Part shown: positions 1 through 19,218 of the stretch, in pieces
Layout of the letters: every line of letters begins with the position of its first letter
Numbering within the stretch: position 1 is the stretch's first letter
From: Mytilus trossulus
Taxonomy: Eukaryota
DNA length: 64,000 nt
Assembly: GCF_036588685.1 (NCBI RefSeq)
Contig: NC_086382.1
Span: 1,612,001 to 1,676,000 of the forward strand
Reading direction: 5' to 3'
Notes under the pieces: model-generated
The model's database searches: none
Seen by the model: the letters and a program-made list of their open reading frames with translations, nothing else
What the model was told of the DNA's origin: nothing
Position numbers and translations under genes: made by a program

Positions 1-213
1 GTAGGGTGATATGTCCTTCTGTGGACTTTTTCCTCGTACACAAATTCGTATCAATCCCTCCCGCTCAGCGTGTATTTCTAGTACACAAAGGGTTTCATAT
101 ATTATATTTATATATATATCACTTAAATAGTATGTGCACGCCCTGTTATGCATGTTATATTTGCCACTAGACGTTTTCAGGAAGTATTTCATTCACCCAG
201 TAAAATGATGGAT

Positions 214-354
214 AACTAAGATATCAAGCCACATGATATCAATCAAACATGCTCGAACATCTCTCTATTATCAACCAACCAATCAAAACTAAGATATCAA
301 GCCACATGATATCAATCAAACATGCTCGAACATCTCTCTATTATCAACCAATCA
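214..354. repeat. 73-bp direct tandem duplication (about 2 copies)
   Basis: AACTAAGATATCAAGCCACATGATATCAATCAAACATGCTCGAACATCTCTCTATTATCAACCAA occurs at 214 and again at 287. Confidence 0.9.
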
Positions 355-451
355 GTGATGAGATGCAATATATTGCTCTTGTTTGACATGGGTATACTAC
401 ATGTAGTTCTTCAACGTTTTTTATGTGAATTTATTTTTATTAATTTTTCAG

Positions 452-2800
452 AACTTGCCCCAAAGCAAATTAGAGTAAACAGCGTAAAGTAAGTTTAATA
501 AGTATCCTCAATATGAAACTGATTTTTGTAATATTTTATTTGAATTCTCAATGATCACTTATCATATGAGAACCTCCTGCAAAACCAATAGTTACCATAC
601 ATGTATATAGTTTCAAGTCTAAAAGCATTGAAAAACATCATCCGTTGGGCAATGCACGTAAATTATACGATCGAGTTCCATGGCACATGTCAAAGCTCAA
701 GGGTGCCATGTGGAGCTGAATATAGTTACACTTTTTGGAGCTTCACGGTCACCTGAGGTTAATATGAATGGTTTAATGGGATTCGCTTGCTTGATCTTTA
801 GTTTTTTAATGTTGTATTTTATATGCTCTTGGGGTTTTTTTTGTTTTGTTTTTTGCTACGATATTGTCAGTTTGTTTTCGACTTATAAGTTTGATTTTTG
901 TTTGTATCTGTTTCGTATACGTAACCACGTCTTTCTTTAATACAAAAGATCTGTCCTTAATAAAAATAATTGTTCAGCTAAATTATCACCGTGATATTAA
1001 TAGGTGCCATAATAATTGAGATTCCTGTACTTTGAATGGTGAATTAACTGTAGGAGCTAAGACATGTATTTTGAGTATGCAACACTCCACCTTATGAGAT
1101 CGTTCAATGTAATGAATAAATTTACGTGTTTTTTTTTAACGACATTAACCACCAAAGACCGTCTTGCACGAACGGTACCGAATTGAGAAAGTTACAGGGA
1201 AAATTCATGTATATTACAAATTGTGTAGAACAGCACTTTTCATACGTTCATTGTAAAAAGTAAAAACACAAAAATACTTCAACTCCAAGGAAAATTCAAA
1301 AAGGAAAGTACAAAATCAAAAGGCAAAAATCAAAAGTTCAAACACATCAAACGAATGGATAACAACTGTCATATTCCTGACTTGGTACAGGCATTTTCTA
1401 ATGTAGAAAATGGTGGATTGAACCTGGTTTTATAGCTAGCTAAACCTCTCACTTGTATGACAGTCGCATCAAATTCCATTACATTGTCAACGATGCATTA
1501 ACAAAACAAACATACTCATTTTTATTTTTTGAATAGTCCAGGAGTAATTAAGACAGAAATACACAAGAGAGGTGGAATGGACGAAGAAGCTTATCAAAAA
1601 GTATGTTTATAATAAGAAATATGTTCATGGGCGAAACAGTTGGACAAGTTAGTCGGATTCGTGTGTGTTTTGGCTGAAAGATTTACTTCCGTTGCCCACG
1701 CTGTAAATTATATGGTGGGGTAGCATAATGAATGTTTAAGGTCAAACTTAATTGATAAAACATTTACGAAAATTGAAAAGACATTTCAATATAAAGTGAA
1801 TATGACCTTTACTATTTTCATATATTCACGGTCATTAATGGAATATGCCACAAAGCGTCTTTTTCTTACTTCAAAGAATGGTTATCATATTATTATTATT
1901 CATTCATATCATACATAAACTATATAAAAGAGGACGACCAATTGATATTATGGAACGGGGGTGGGGTGGGGGCATGAGTTCAGGAAGACTTTATTATTAA
2001 AAAGTATTCATCTGTTGCTACGCTTACTTTTTTCACCATGTCTTTTGCAAAATTTTCCTCCCTCTCCAGAAACTAAATTGGTCGTCTCTATACTTTAGTA
2101 TATACATGAGGGTCTAGATGGAAGGGTGTCATTCAATTTTTAAACAATTGAACCCTATTTTTAATTTGATTTTAACATTTGGACACCAAATTATTCTCTG
2201 TTCCTTATTTTTTTTTGTCCTTTTTTCTGTATTAATTTTTTGCTCTAATTCCATATTTAGCCACGGTATACTTGGGGACAAGACACACTATTTTTGCCCT
2301 CCCGTTTTACCAAAATCTGTGTTTTTTTTTTCTTTTTCTGTTGAATTAGTTCCAAATTTCCCATCTTCAGCGGTCACTGATATATACATGTATGATTAAT
2401 TCTACACCGTCGGTCCATCGTTATCTATTTTGTAAACCCCATCCAATGCACAGGCACTTGTCTCAATTTTTTTCCCCCTATATACCTTAATATAACGTTA
2501 TATTAAGGTATATGGGAATTTTTGTTTTGAGACAAGTGCCTGTGATCCAATGACTGAGTATTGTTCTTATTTAAAAAAGAATGAAGATTTTTCATATCTT
2601 CATTTGAAAAAATCCTAATGTTGTGACGCTTTTATTCTCAGTTTTTGGAAAGGACAAAGATTACACATGCTTTAGGAAGACCCGGAGAAGTACAGGAAGT
2701 AGCCGGTATGATTGCATTCTTGGCTTCTGATGATTCCTCCTTTATTACGGGAACACAAGTACCTATTGATGGTGGAAGACATTGCATTTGTCCTCGGTGA
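452..2800 (+). CDS. Classical SDR (FabG/3-oxoacyl-ACP reductase-like oxidoreductase), paralogue 1; last 3 exons only, 5' part upstream of the window
   Basis: AG/GT-bounded exons 452-488, 1537-1600 and 2642-2800 splice in frame to [86 protein letters not shown]. IRVNxVxPG and FITGxxxxxDGG are SDR C-terminal motifs. Exon sizes (37, 64, 159) equal those of paralogue 2. AATAAA at 2875-2880. Confidence 0.93.
1365..1464 (-). ncRNA. Twister-ribozyme-like motif (P5-type permutation) within a dispersed repeat (about 1250-1520)
   Basis: Minus strand reads ACUGUCAUA-caaguga-GA-GGU-uUAGCUAGCUA..AACCAGGUU-CAA-UCC-ACC-AUUUUCU-acauu-AGAAAAU-G-CCUG-U-ACC-AA-GU-CAGG-aa-UAUGACAGU. This gives a 9-bp P5, 7-bp P3, P4 CCUG/CAGG, T1 ACC/GGU and T2 AC/GU. 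P2 is weak. Confidence 0.6.
2449..2544. mobile_element. 96-bp MITE with 8-bp TSD (hAT-like)
   Basis: 18-bp TIRs CACAGGCACTTGTCTCAA / TTGAGACAAGTGCCTGTG. ATCCAATG is duplicated at 2441-2448 and 2545-2552. Central perfect 34-bp palindrome at 2480-2513. Confidence 0.85.
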
Positions 2801-5007
2801 AAGGAGAGTTCAGTAACCAAGCAATGCATAAAAGACACACTCAACATTGTAGTCAAACATGTTCTTGTTACATCAATAAACCATTCCTTCATTTAAAACA
2901 TTAAAAGCTTTTGGATATTGTTTTAGCTACTATTTCACGCAACTTCTTTAAGATATAAAAAAGAAGAAGTGGTATATATATATATATGATTGCCAATGAG
3001 ACAACTCTCCACAAGTGACCAAATGACATAGGAACGAACTATAGAAGCCAATATATAAAAAATTAAAAAAATCAATGTCAGGCTAAAAAACTATGCAGAT
3101 CTTGAAAAAAACATGATATTTTGAAAAAAAAAAATACCAAAGGAGTCCACCCTGAATGTACCTGCACTGTGAGGTAAGTTAATGCAATGAGGTTAAACGG
3201 GATCTCCGGTATTTGTCCATTAAACTGTAACTTGCATAATTTTCAATCAAAGGAGTTCAAATAAGAAGATATTCGTATTAGTGTTTTGTCATAGATTATA
3301 CCGTTATTTTTCTGAATTCAATTCTTTCATCTTTTTTCTTGTCGTCTACTCAACACAGTATGTTTTTTTCCTTTGCAAGGTCTTGCGGTTGCCTTTAATT
3401 GCTTACAATAAATTCACATTTGGACATCGGTTGATAATAATTGTCACATTGTCAAACATACAATATAACACCCTTATTTTTATATTTAACGTCTAAGGCA
3501 GCAACCATTTGATTTTCAGGGGGGGGGGGGGGGGGGGGGGGCTATGCATTTTTTTCTCGACAAACTTTTTTTTCCACCTTCGGTGAAGAACAATATATTT
3601 TTTTTGCGACAAGTCGAAAGCATCACATAAAGTGGCAGCTGAGGGTGACACAAACAATTTTTTTTATCTCAGGGTCAAAAACAAATTATTTTTTCTCTCC
3701 ATATACACACACTCATACCTACTGTAAGGCTTGAACAATAAATAAAACTTGTGTGCTACCTCTGAAAATAAAAGTATAGAGTAAAAGAATAGGCAAAACA
3801 TTTCACACAGACTTTAAAGGGATATCAAGCGCGTATAAATACTTTATCCGTCCATTATGAAAGGGGGTCAAACACCCGTATGGTCCACCAATTATGAAAT
3901 GGTAATCACTGCTTATCCCGTTGAAAATGCTTGTACTTTAATGGCGCTAAATTATTTGTTTAAAAAAATGCCAGAGAAGGCATGCATATATGTGAATTAA
4001 TGATAGGTATCTAGGCAAGACATACAGCTATTATATATTTTTGTTTTAGCCTAATATATATTCATTGAGAATGGCTCGAGGTCGCGAAGTTATTGTCAAG
4101 GTAGACCTGGTATGAACCAGCTTTATATGTCTGATAGTCTCAAACGTACAAAAGTTTATCATACAGTGTGTCCGACAGACAGGTCAATCAGAATGTCATG
4201 AAATAAATGTGATAATCCAGGTCATGGTACATATTGACCGTTCCATGACCGAGGTAAATTAAGGTCCTCATGCTTCAGATTCTCAAATAAGACCTAAAAT
4301 GTTTATACAGGAATTCTTATAGAAATCCATTAGAGTTATTGAAAAGAAAATAAGTGTTCGTAGTTGCTTCATAACTCCAGCATCCTTATATAATGGGGCA
4401 TAAAACTGTCAAAAAAATTATCACCGATTTGACTCAAATTCGCATATTGAATTACAACATACTGAAACTAATACCCGAATAACCGTATGAAAAGTATGAA
4501 ATAGATATTTAGCAATGCATGGACTCGATAATATATAACAACATTTCTTGTGTATTATAGTCTAGACGCCATTCAATTAACCGACGGTCAAATAACCCAA
4601 TATACACATATATACATATAAAAAAAGATTGTGAAAGTGTTCACATTTTGTTCCTTAATAATACACGGCCAAACAATCTCTTAGACTAGATAAGTGGTAA
4701 AATTGAAGGTCATGTGAATCCATCAATAAGGTCGAATTATTCACTTTTAAGTGAGAAATTTGTCAGCAATATTTCATGGCTTCTTTTGACAAAATTTTAC
4801 TAAACTGCCTGCTAAAAGCGAATTATAATTTCACTATAAGTTCACTTTCATTAAACTTTTTTTTTCATATATTGTAGCTAAAGACTGTAAAATAAACTAA
4901 AAGCAATGACAATGAACCTTTATTCGCGCCAAATATACGCACAGCATGCTGGTACATGTGTAGGTATAAACAAATAATTGAAAACGCAATATTTTGAAAG
5001 AAGAAAT

Positions 5008-7072
5008 TTAATTTGAATTTTTTAATTTGTCTTCTAATTCTAATATTTTATTATTCTTTTCCTTATTTTCATGTTCTAGGTTGTTGATTCTATTTTCAAG
5101 TCTGCTGAAATTTTCCATGATCCCAGCGTCTCCAGAAGTTTCACTGCTGTTTTCCATTTGTGACTGCTTTTCCACATCTGAAATTATAAGTTAGCGCATT
5201 ACATTGTACCCCTTCAACAATGAAATCCGCCAGACTATGGCTGTACCATAAGCATACAGTCAATTTCATTTTACTACGTTTTGTACCGTTTTACCTCATA
5301 TCATTTTTTTTTCGGTTTACGGTACCGTGACATATATGTACGAAGTGCCACGGAGACAAACATTCACCAAACTCCAACTAAGGAAGACATTAGCAATATA
5401 TAAACACATCATAGATACCAGGACTATAAATTTAGTTTAGTTTAAACATATTTTATTTACTCAAAGTAAAATGGATTGGACACAAGTAAGCCATACTTAT
5501 GAAGTCCGCTCCGAATGACAATAATTTACAATACAATATTAATATGAGCATGCAATATCAAAATAAACAACATTTTACGAGTCTATCAATTGAGAAGAAA
5601 AAAAATTAGTATGTACGCCAGACGCGCGTTTCGTCTACGAGAGACTCATCAGTGACGCTCGAATCCAAAAAGTTAAAATGGCCAAACAAAGTACGAGGTT
5701 GAAGAGCAGTGAATACAAAAATTCCTGAAAGTTTTGCCAAATACAGCTAAGGTAATCTATGCCGGAGGTAGAAAAGCCTTAGTATTTCAAAAAATTAAAA
5801 AAATTGTAAACAGCAAATTTATAAATATAACCATATCAATGACAATTCATGACAGCACAAAAAGTGCTAACTACTGGGCTTGTGATACCCGCGGGGAAAT
5901 ACATTTCCACCAGCAGTGGCATCGACCCATTGGTTGTAAATAAACTCGTCATTTAAGGTCATAGTACGGCTTGTAACAATAATAACAAAGCATACTGTAT
6001 AGTCATCTAAAAAATGGCCCCGGGCCCGACATGAAAGATGTGAAACAATTAAAATAAGAAAACTCACGGCCTTATTTGATAACAATACAATTAGCGAAAA
6101 ACAGATATGACAGACACGAGCTAACGACAACCACTGATACCAGGCTCCTGACTTTGGACAGGCACAGAAAGAATGTTGGGATTAAAAATAGTTTGAGCGC
6201 TCACTATGACAATGGTATAGCAGCACAACATAAAGAACAAACTGTGAAAAGCATTTCCAAAAGGTTTAACTCGTTAGAAACGCAAACAGATACTACCATA
6301 TAAATCATTAAACACAAAGCATCGATATAGGAGTACTCGCAGTTGCTTGAAAATATTTAAAAAGCCAATAACAACTAATAAATTAATCATGTTCTCTCCG
6401 ACTGTTTTTGTTTGTTTTGATTGTGTTCTCTATGACTCTCTCCATCTTATTGGCATTCTTGTAAATCGCACTAGTTCAATGTATTTTTGAGTTATTTGGA
6501 CTGTATATTTTGGTATTTTCAGTATTTGTGTTTACAGTGACATATATGCAGTTATTTTTGCAACTGGTGAAATAATATAAAGACTAACTTTCATTTAAGG
6601 CTGTACAATAAGGGCTACCATTGATTGGAGTTACAAACATTGTACGCAAGTCACGTTGTTTTAATAATAATAAACAATTACATTTAAAAAGTATACAAAT
6701 GTTTCTTGACAGGTTTCACTCACCTCTTCGGCCTTTGGTCGTACCATTCACGGCCCTTTTTAAGAGAAAAACCGACCGTTTCAGTTCTAAAATCTCTTTC
6801 ACCATCAATTCCTCCTTGGTCATAGTTTCACCGGTTAACAGAAACATTTCGGTCTCCAAAAAATGAATAGCTTCTGACAGTTCACTATTACTTTTTCCAT
6901 CATCGGCATTCTGTGGGTTGGCTCCGTGTAGCTCTCCGGTGTCCACGATTTTAGCATTAGTCCCTGAACGTAAGGCTCTGAAAAGCTCCCTTATAGTTAT
7001 TTTGTCACAAGTCACAGAACAAACGAAGGAAATGACACAAATGGTGAATAATAAATGACGTTTCATTATCAT
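5008..7072 (-). CDS. Uncharacterised secreted coiled-coil protein, 2 exons, about 172 aa
   Basis: Exon 1 (7072-6724) encodes a signal peptide (MIMKRHLLFTICVISFVCSVTC) and ends at a G|GTGAGT donor. Exon 2 (5177-5008) follows TTTCAG in matching phase 1 and reads DVEKQSQMENSSETSGDAGIMENFSRLENRINNLEHENKEKNNKILELEDKLKNSN*, with a heptad L/I pattern. Minus-strand AATAAA at 4924-4919. Confidence 0.75.
5401..5952 (-). mobile_element. Near-complete retrozyme-like (hammerhead-carrying, non-coding) monomer, interrupted by a 174-bp insert
   Basis: Ends repeat TAAAC(A/T)C(A/G)TCAT at 5401 and 5941. Contains an intact hammerhead. Homologous to 7235-7550, 14473-14715, 31619-31742 and 54279-54495. About 366 nt without the insert at 5437-5610. 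Confidence 0.7.
5615..5658 (-). ncRNA. Minimal type I hammerhead ribozyme (intact core)
   Basis: GCGUCA CUGAUGA GUCU-CUCGU-AGAC GAAA C-GCGC-G UC UGGCGU: stem I GCGUCA/UGGCGU, 4-bp stem II, palindromic stem III (ACGCGCGU), GUC triplet. Confidence 0.85.
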
Positions 7073-7270
7073 CCTTGGCTATATTTTGGCATCAAATCTC
7101 TTATCAGTCACCAACGTGACTTAACCTTAAACGAAGATATGTAGGTGCTATGTTGATAATAAATAGGTCCTGTAATACGTCTTTGCCGATATCTGTGACC
7201 TTAATAGTTTTACAAATCTAAATCAAAGTAAAGCTAATAGTTATCAAAGGTAAAAGGATTATAATTTAGT

Positions 7271-7314
7271 ACGCCAGACGCGCGTTTCGTCTACACAAGA
7301 CTGATCAGTGACGC
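7271..7314 (-). ncRNA. Hammerhead motif with core mutation (CUGAUCA), probably inactive; in a retrozyme-like fragment about 7235-7550
   Basis: Same scaffold as 5615-5658, but the conserved G8 is C. Confidence 0.7.
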
Positions 7315-8365
7315 TCATATCAAAATATTTATAAAGCCAAACAATTTAAAAAAAAAGTTGAAGAGCATTGAGGATCCAAAATTCCAAAACGTTGTGCAAA
7401 ATACGACTAAGGTAATCTATGCCTGGGATAAGAAAATCCTTAGTTTTTCGAAAAATCAAAAGTTTTGTAAAAAGGAAATGTATAAAAATGACCACAGTAT
7501 TGATATTCATGTCAACACCGAAATGTTGACTACTGGGCTGGTGATACCCTTGTGTTCAATACGTTTGATTCATGTAGGTATGTGAATAAATTAGATTGGG
7601 AGCAGACCAATTTATGAGCAACACAATGCCAAAAGTATCCGCAAAAAGATGTAAAATAAAATTGATAGTGAAAACGGGGAATGTGTCAAAGAGACAACAG
7701 CCCGACTAAAGAGTAGAAACCCGCCCGAGGCCACTAATGGTTTTCAATCAAGCGAAAAAATGCCTCGCAGTACTTAGCGGGCTCCATGCAGCTGGCCCCT
7801 AAAAAAATAATTTGTGTACTTGTTCAGTGAAATTAAATGGACGTCACACCACAAGGCAACTAAATGAACCAAGATATTATGTAGAGCAGTATATCAGTGA
7901 CCGCTGTGGTGGAAAGGAAACTAAATACTAATAGTCATATTGTACATTAAAAGGCGAAAAAAGTTGAATTAATGGATAACAAATAATTAAAAAAAAAAAA
8001 AAATTTTTTTTAAAAGGGGGAGGGTCAAAACAATTATCCTGTCCAAAAAAAAAAAGTATAAGTCCTTCTAAGTCTGATGAGTTTATTAAGTTTAAATACC
8101 ATGCGAAAACTGTTACTATGATAATGATTTATTTGGCGTTTTGAAAGTATATTTTTTTTCTGTAGTGGAAGTTAGAGTGTCTAGAGAGGGCCATGATAAC
8201 AATAAGTACGGAAAATACAATATAATGTGAACTAATAAACAGGTTTCTTTTATCCACCTCCCGTTTTTGGATAACTTGTATGTAAAAGGCTAGCCTAGGG
8301 CTAGACTAATGGCCATTCATTAGGCTGCCCGTAATAGTTTCTTTCCACATTCCGTGTTTGATTTG

Positions 8366-8371
8366 TCAGTT
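8366..8371 (+). promoter_or_regulatory. Possible initiator (TCAGTT) for SDR paralogue 2
   Basis: TCAGTT matches the invertebrate Inr consensus TCAKTY and lies just upstream of the ATG at 8395. Confidence 0.35.
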
Positions 8372-8394
8372 AGAAAAACGAAAGGTCAAGAAAT

Positions 8395-16797
<8,403 letters not shown>

Positions 16798-17814
16798 AAT
16801 AATAGGCCAATAACGGCTGTATTTGGAAGCTCTGTATATGGAGTGACTGTGTATTACAAAATTTTGATAATATCTATCTGTGTTATAACATTAACATGTT
16901 GAATGTCCCTTTAATATCATTCATCTCCCTTTTACAAGAATTTTTGCCGATTTTTTTAAAATTAGTATGAATGAAAAATGTCTACCTATATATTTTTTTT
17001 GTTTATGAAATTTTTATATCCAAAATTTGCTTAAGTGTGGCCTTATATTTTGTAGGAATTGAAAATAAATGCAATTTTTCGAAAAATCAAAATGGATTAT
17101 GTATACTTTTTTAAAAATCATTGTATGTTTGTACTAGTCACACATTTGTAATATTAATGTACCAGGTAGATTCAATATTGACAGTGATGTTTTATGAAGA
17201 GTACCATACAGCATAGTATTTTGCTTTTTAAGTGGCCCTTTTTTTTTTATTGCAACTACATGTAGTATAGAGTACATGTTGAAATACACTACCTATACTA
17301 CTAAATGGTATGATAAAAATCAAAGGACAGTTTTAGAATTAGAATAATTGTATCTATCTATTGTATCTTGTCTTTATTCAGGATAAATGAAATTTGTGAT
17401 TTAAAGAAAATAATTTAAATATATTTTTAACAGGTGTGAAATCTTGTTCTCTTTTTTTTTCTTTTTTTTTTTTTTATCAATTACTGTCCACAGCAGTCAT
17501 CACATCAAACACCAGATGTTTTCTTTGTCAGTTGTCAGATCAGTGTTCAGTTAGTGTCTTTGTCAGTTGTCAGATCAGTCACCACTCACACCAGTCAGTT
17601 AAGCCACTTCGATCTTAATATTTTATGAGAGTCATTTTTGGCTGTTTTTTATATATAAATTGGAATTTGGTATGTGTGTTAATAAGTTTGGGATAGCAGA
17701 TGACAAAAAAGGCCTGTCTATGGATTTTTCTTTAAATGAAAAGACCATTTTTTTTATTTTGATACAGGAATGCAAGTCATTTGTGTGCATTTTCTTAATG
17801 TTGTATTTGATGTT

Positions 17815-19218
17815 ATTGTCTCGTTTACGACGAAAGTCGCAGAGTGCAAGACATAAGAATTACAATCCGGTGGTGGCAACGAAAAAGGCGTAAACTTTTT
17901 GTATAAAGCTTATATTTCAGAAAGTAGAAATCCTGGATGCTTTATACATTGTATTCATATACCTTTTATTACAAATTTTTCGTCTGCCGCATTTTCCTTG
18001 CTCTCATTTTCATAGCTAGGTGACTGCTTGAAACAACTATTGTTTTTTTGATTTTTCATGTGAAATACTCAGTCTGTCTTTCAGACAGGGTTCACTTGTC
18101 CTCGACCTCATTTCATGGATCAGTGAACAAGGTTAGTACGTTTAAGTGATGAAGTCCTTATTTCATATACTATATATATAAGGTCATATTTGATGTCTGG
18201 AATGGTTGTAAGATGAACATATACAAATAAGAAGATAGAATGTGATTGCCAATGGTCAACTCTTCGAATGTCAGAATGGTAGGTTTCAATTGACCATGAT
18301 CACAGTTTGATCTATTTTCTGGTCCTATATACTATACGCAATAATGCCTCTTTATTTGGTGTATGGAATGATTGTAAGGTTATGTCTGACCTTGACACCA
18401 TTTTCATGGTTAATGGAGATTATTTAGCTTTTGTGATTAAGTTTATGTCTTAGGTAGTATAAGCAATAGGGCCACTTAGTTTTCTGTTCCTTTTCAAAGG
18501 GTCGTAACTCTAGAACGGTAAAAGTGACGCCCCCAACATTCAAACTTGATCTACGTACTGTGGTAAAATGAGTAGTATAACGCTGTTCATAGAGAAAAAA
18601 ACAAATCCGGGTCACAAACTAAAACTGAATGTAACGTATCAAATATAAGAGAATCACAACACAACAGAAACACCACACCAAAATGTAACACACTCAGAAA
18701 CGAAGTAAAATGAGCATTTTGTGTAAGTTTCATAACAATTGGTTGAGGCAAACTTAAAATGAGAACAAAAACGAAAAATTCAGCAAATTTTCCATTTGTT
18801 AAGGAGTAAAACTAGAATGTAAAAGTGACGCAATCCAAATTCAATATTTATCTGTGTTTTGTGGCAATGAGCAATGAACATTGTGTATTAGGTTCCTAAC
18901 AATCATTTGCTTGAAGAAATCTAAAGTAAGAGAACGAAAACCAATTTTGGGGCGAACGTACAGACGGACAAGAGTAAAACTGAATATCCCCATCCGCTAC
19001 GGCGGTGGCATACAATACGATTGCCTGATTTATGACAATACCATAGACAAAAAAAACAACAACAAAAAACAGTTATAAAAGGATATAACTCACGAACAGT
19101 TAAAGAAATGCTACCTAAATTCGTACTTGATCTTAGTTTTTTGTTAACAAGGATTGTGTATATGTGTCTTACCATTTGGTTTAGGCAAACTTTAAGTAGA
19201 GAAAGGAAACACAAAAAT
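17815..19218. mobile_element. Cluster of decayed HINE/Helentron-like (pearl/DINE-type) and other interspersed repeat fragments
   Basis: Recurrent AACTCTAGAACGGTAAAAGTGACG-like internal units, plus a GACG/ACAG microsatellite followed by a terminal hairpin (CCGCTACGGCGG, about 18990-19010). Confidence 0.4.

Noticed and set aside
2638-2892. Minus-strand 84-aa ORF
   Set aside because: Antisense shadow of the SDR1 terminal exon.
3518-3541. Poly-G tract as a functional G-quadruplex element
   Set aside because: It appears to be a homopolymer within an interspersed repeat; its length is error-prone and there is no other support.
6621-6866. Plus-strand 81-aa ORF
   Set aside because: Antisense shadow of exon 1 of the minus-strand secreted protein.
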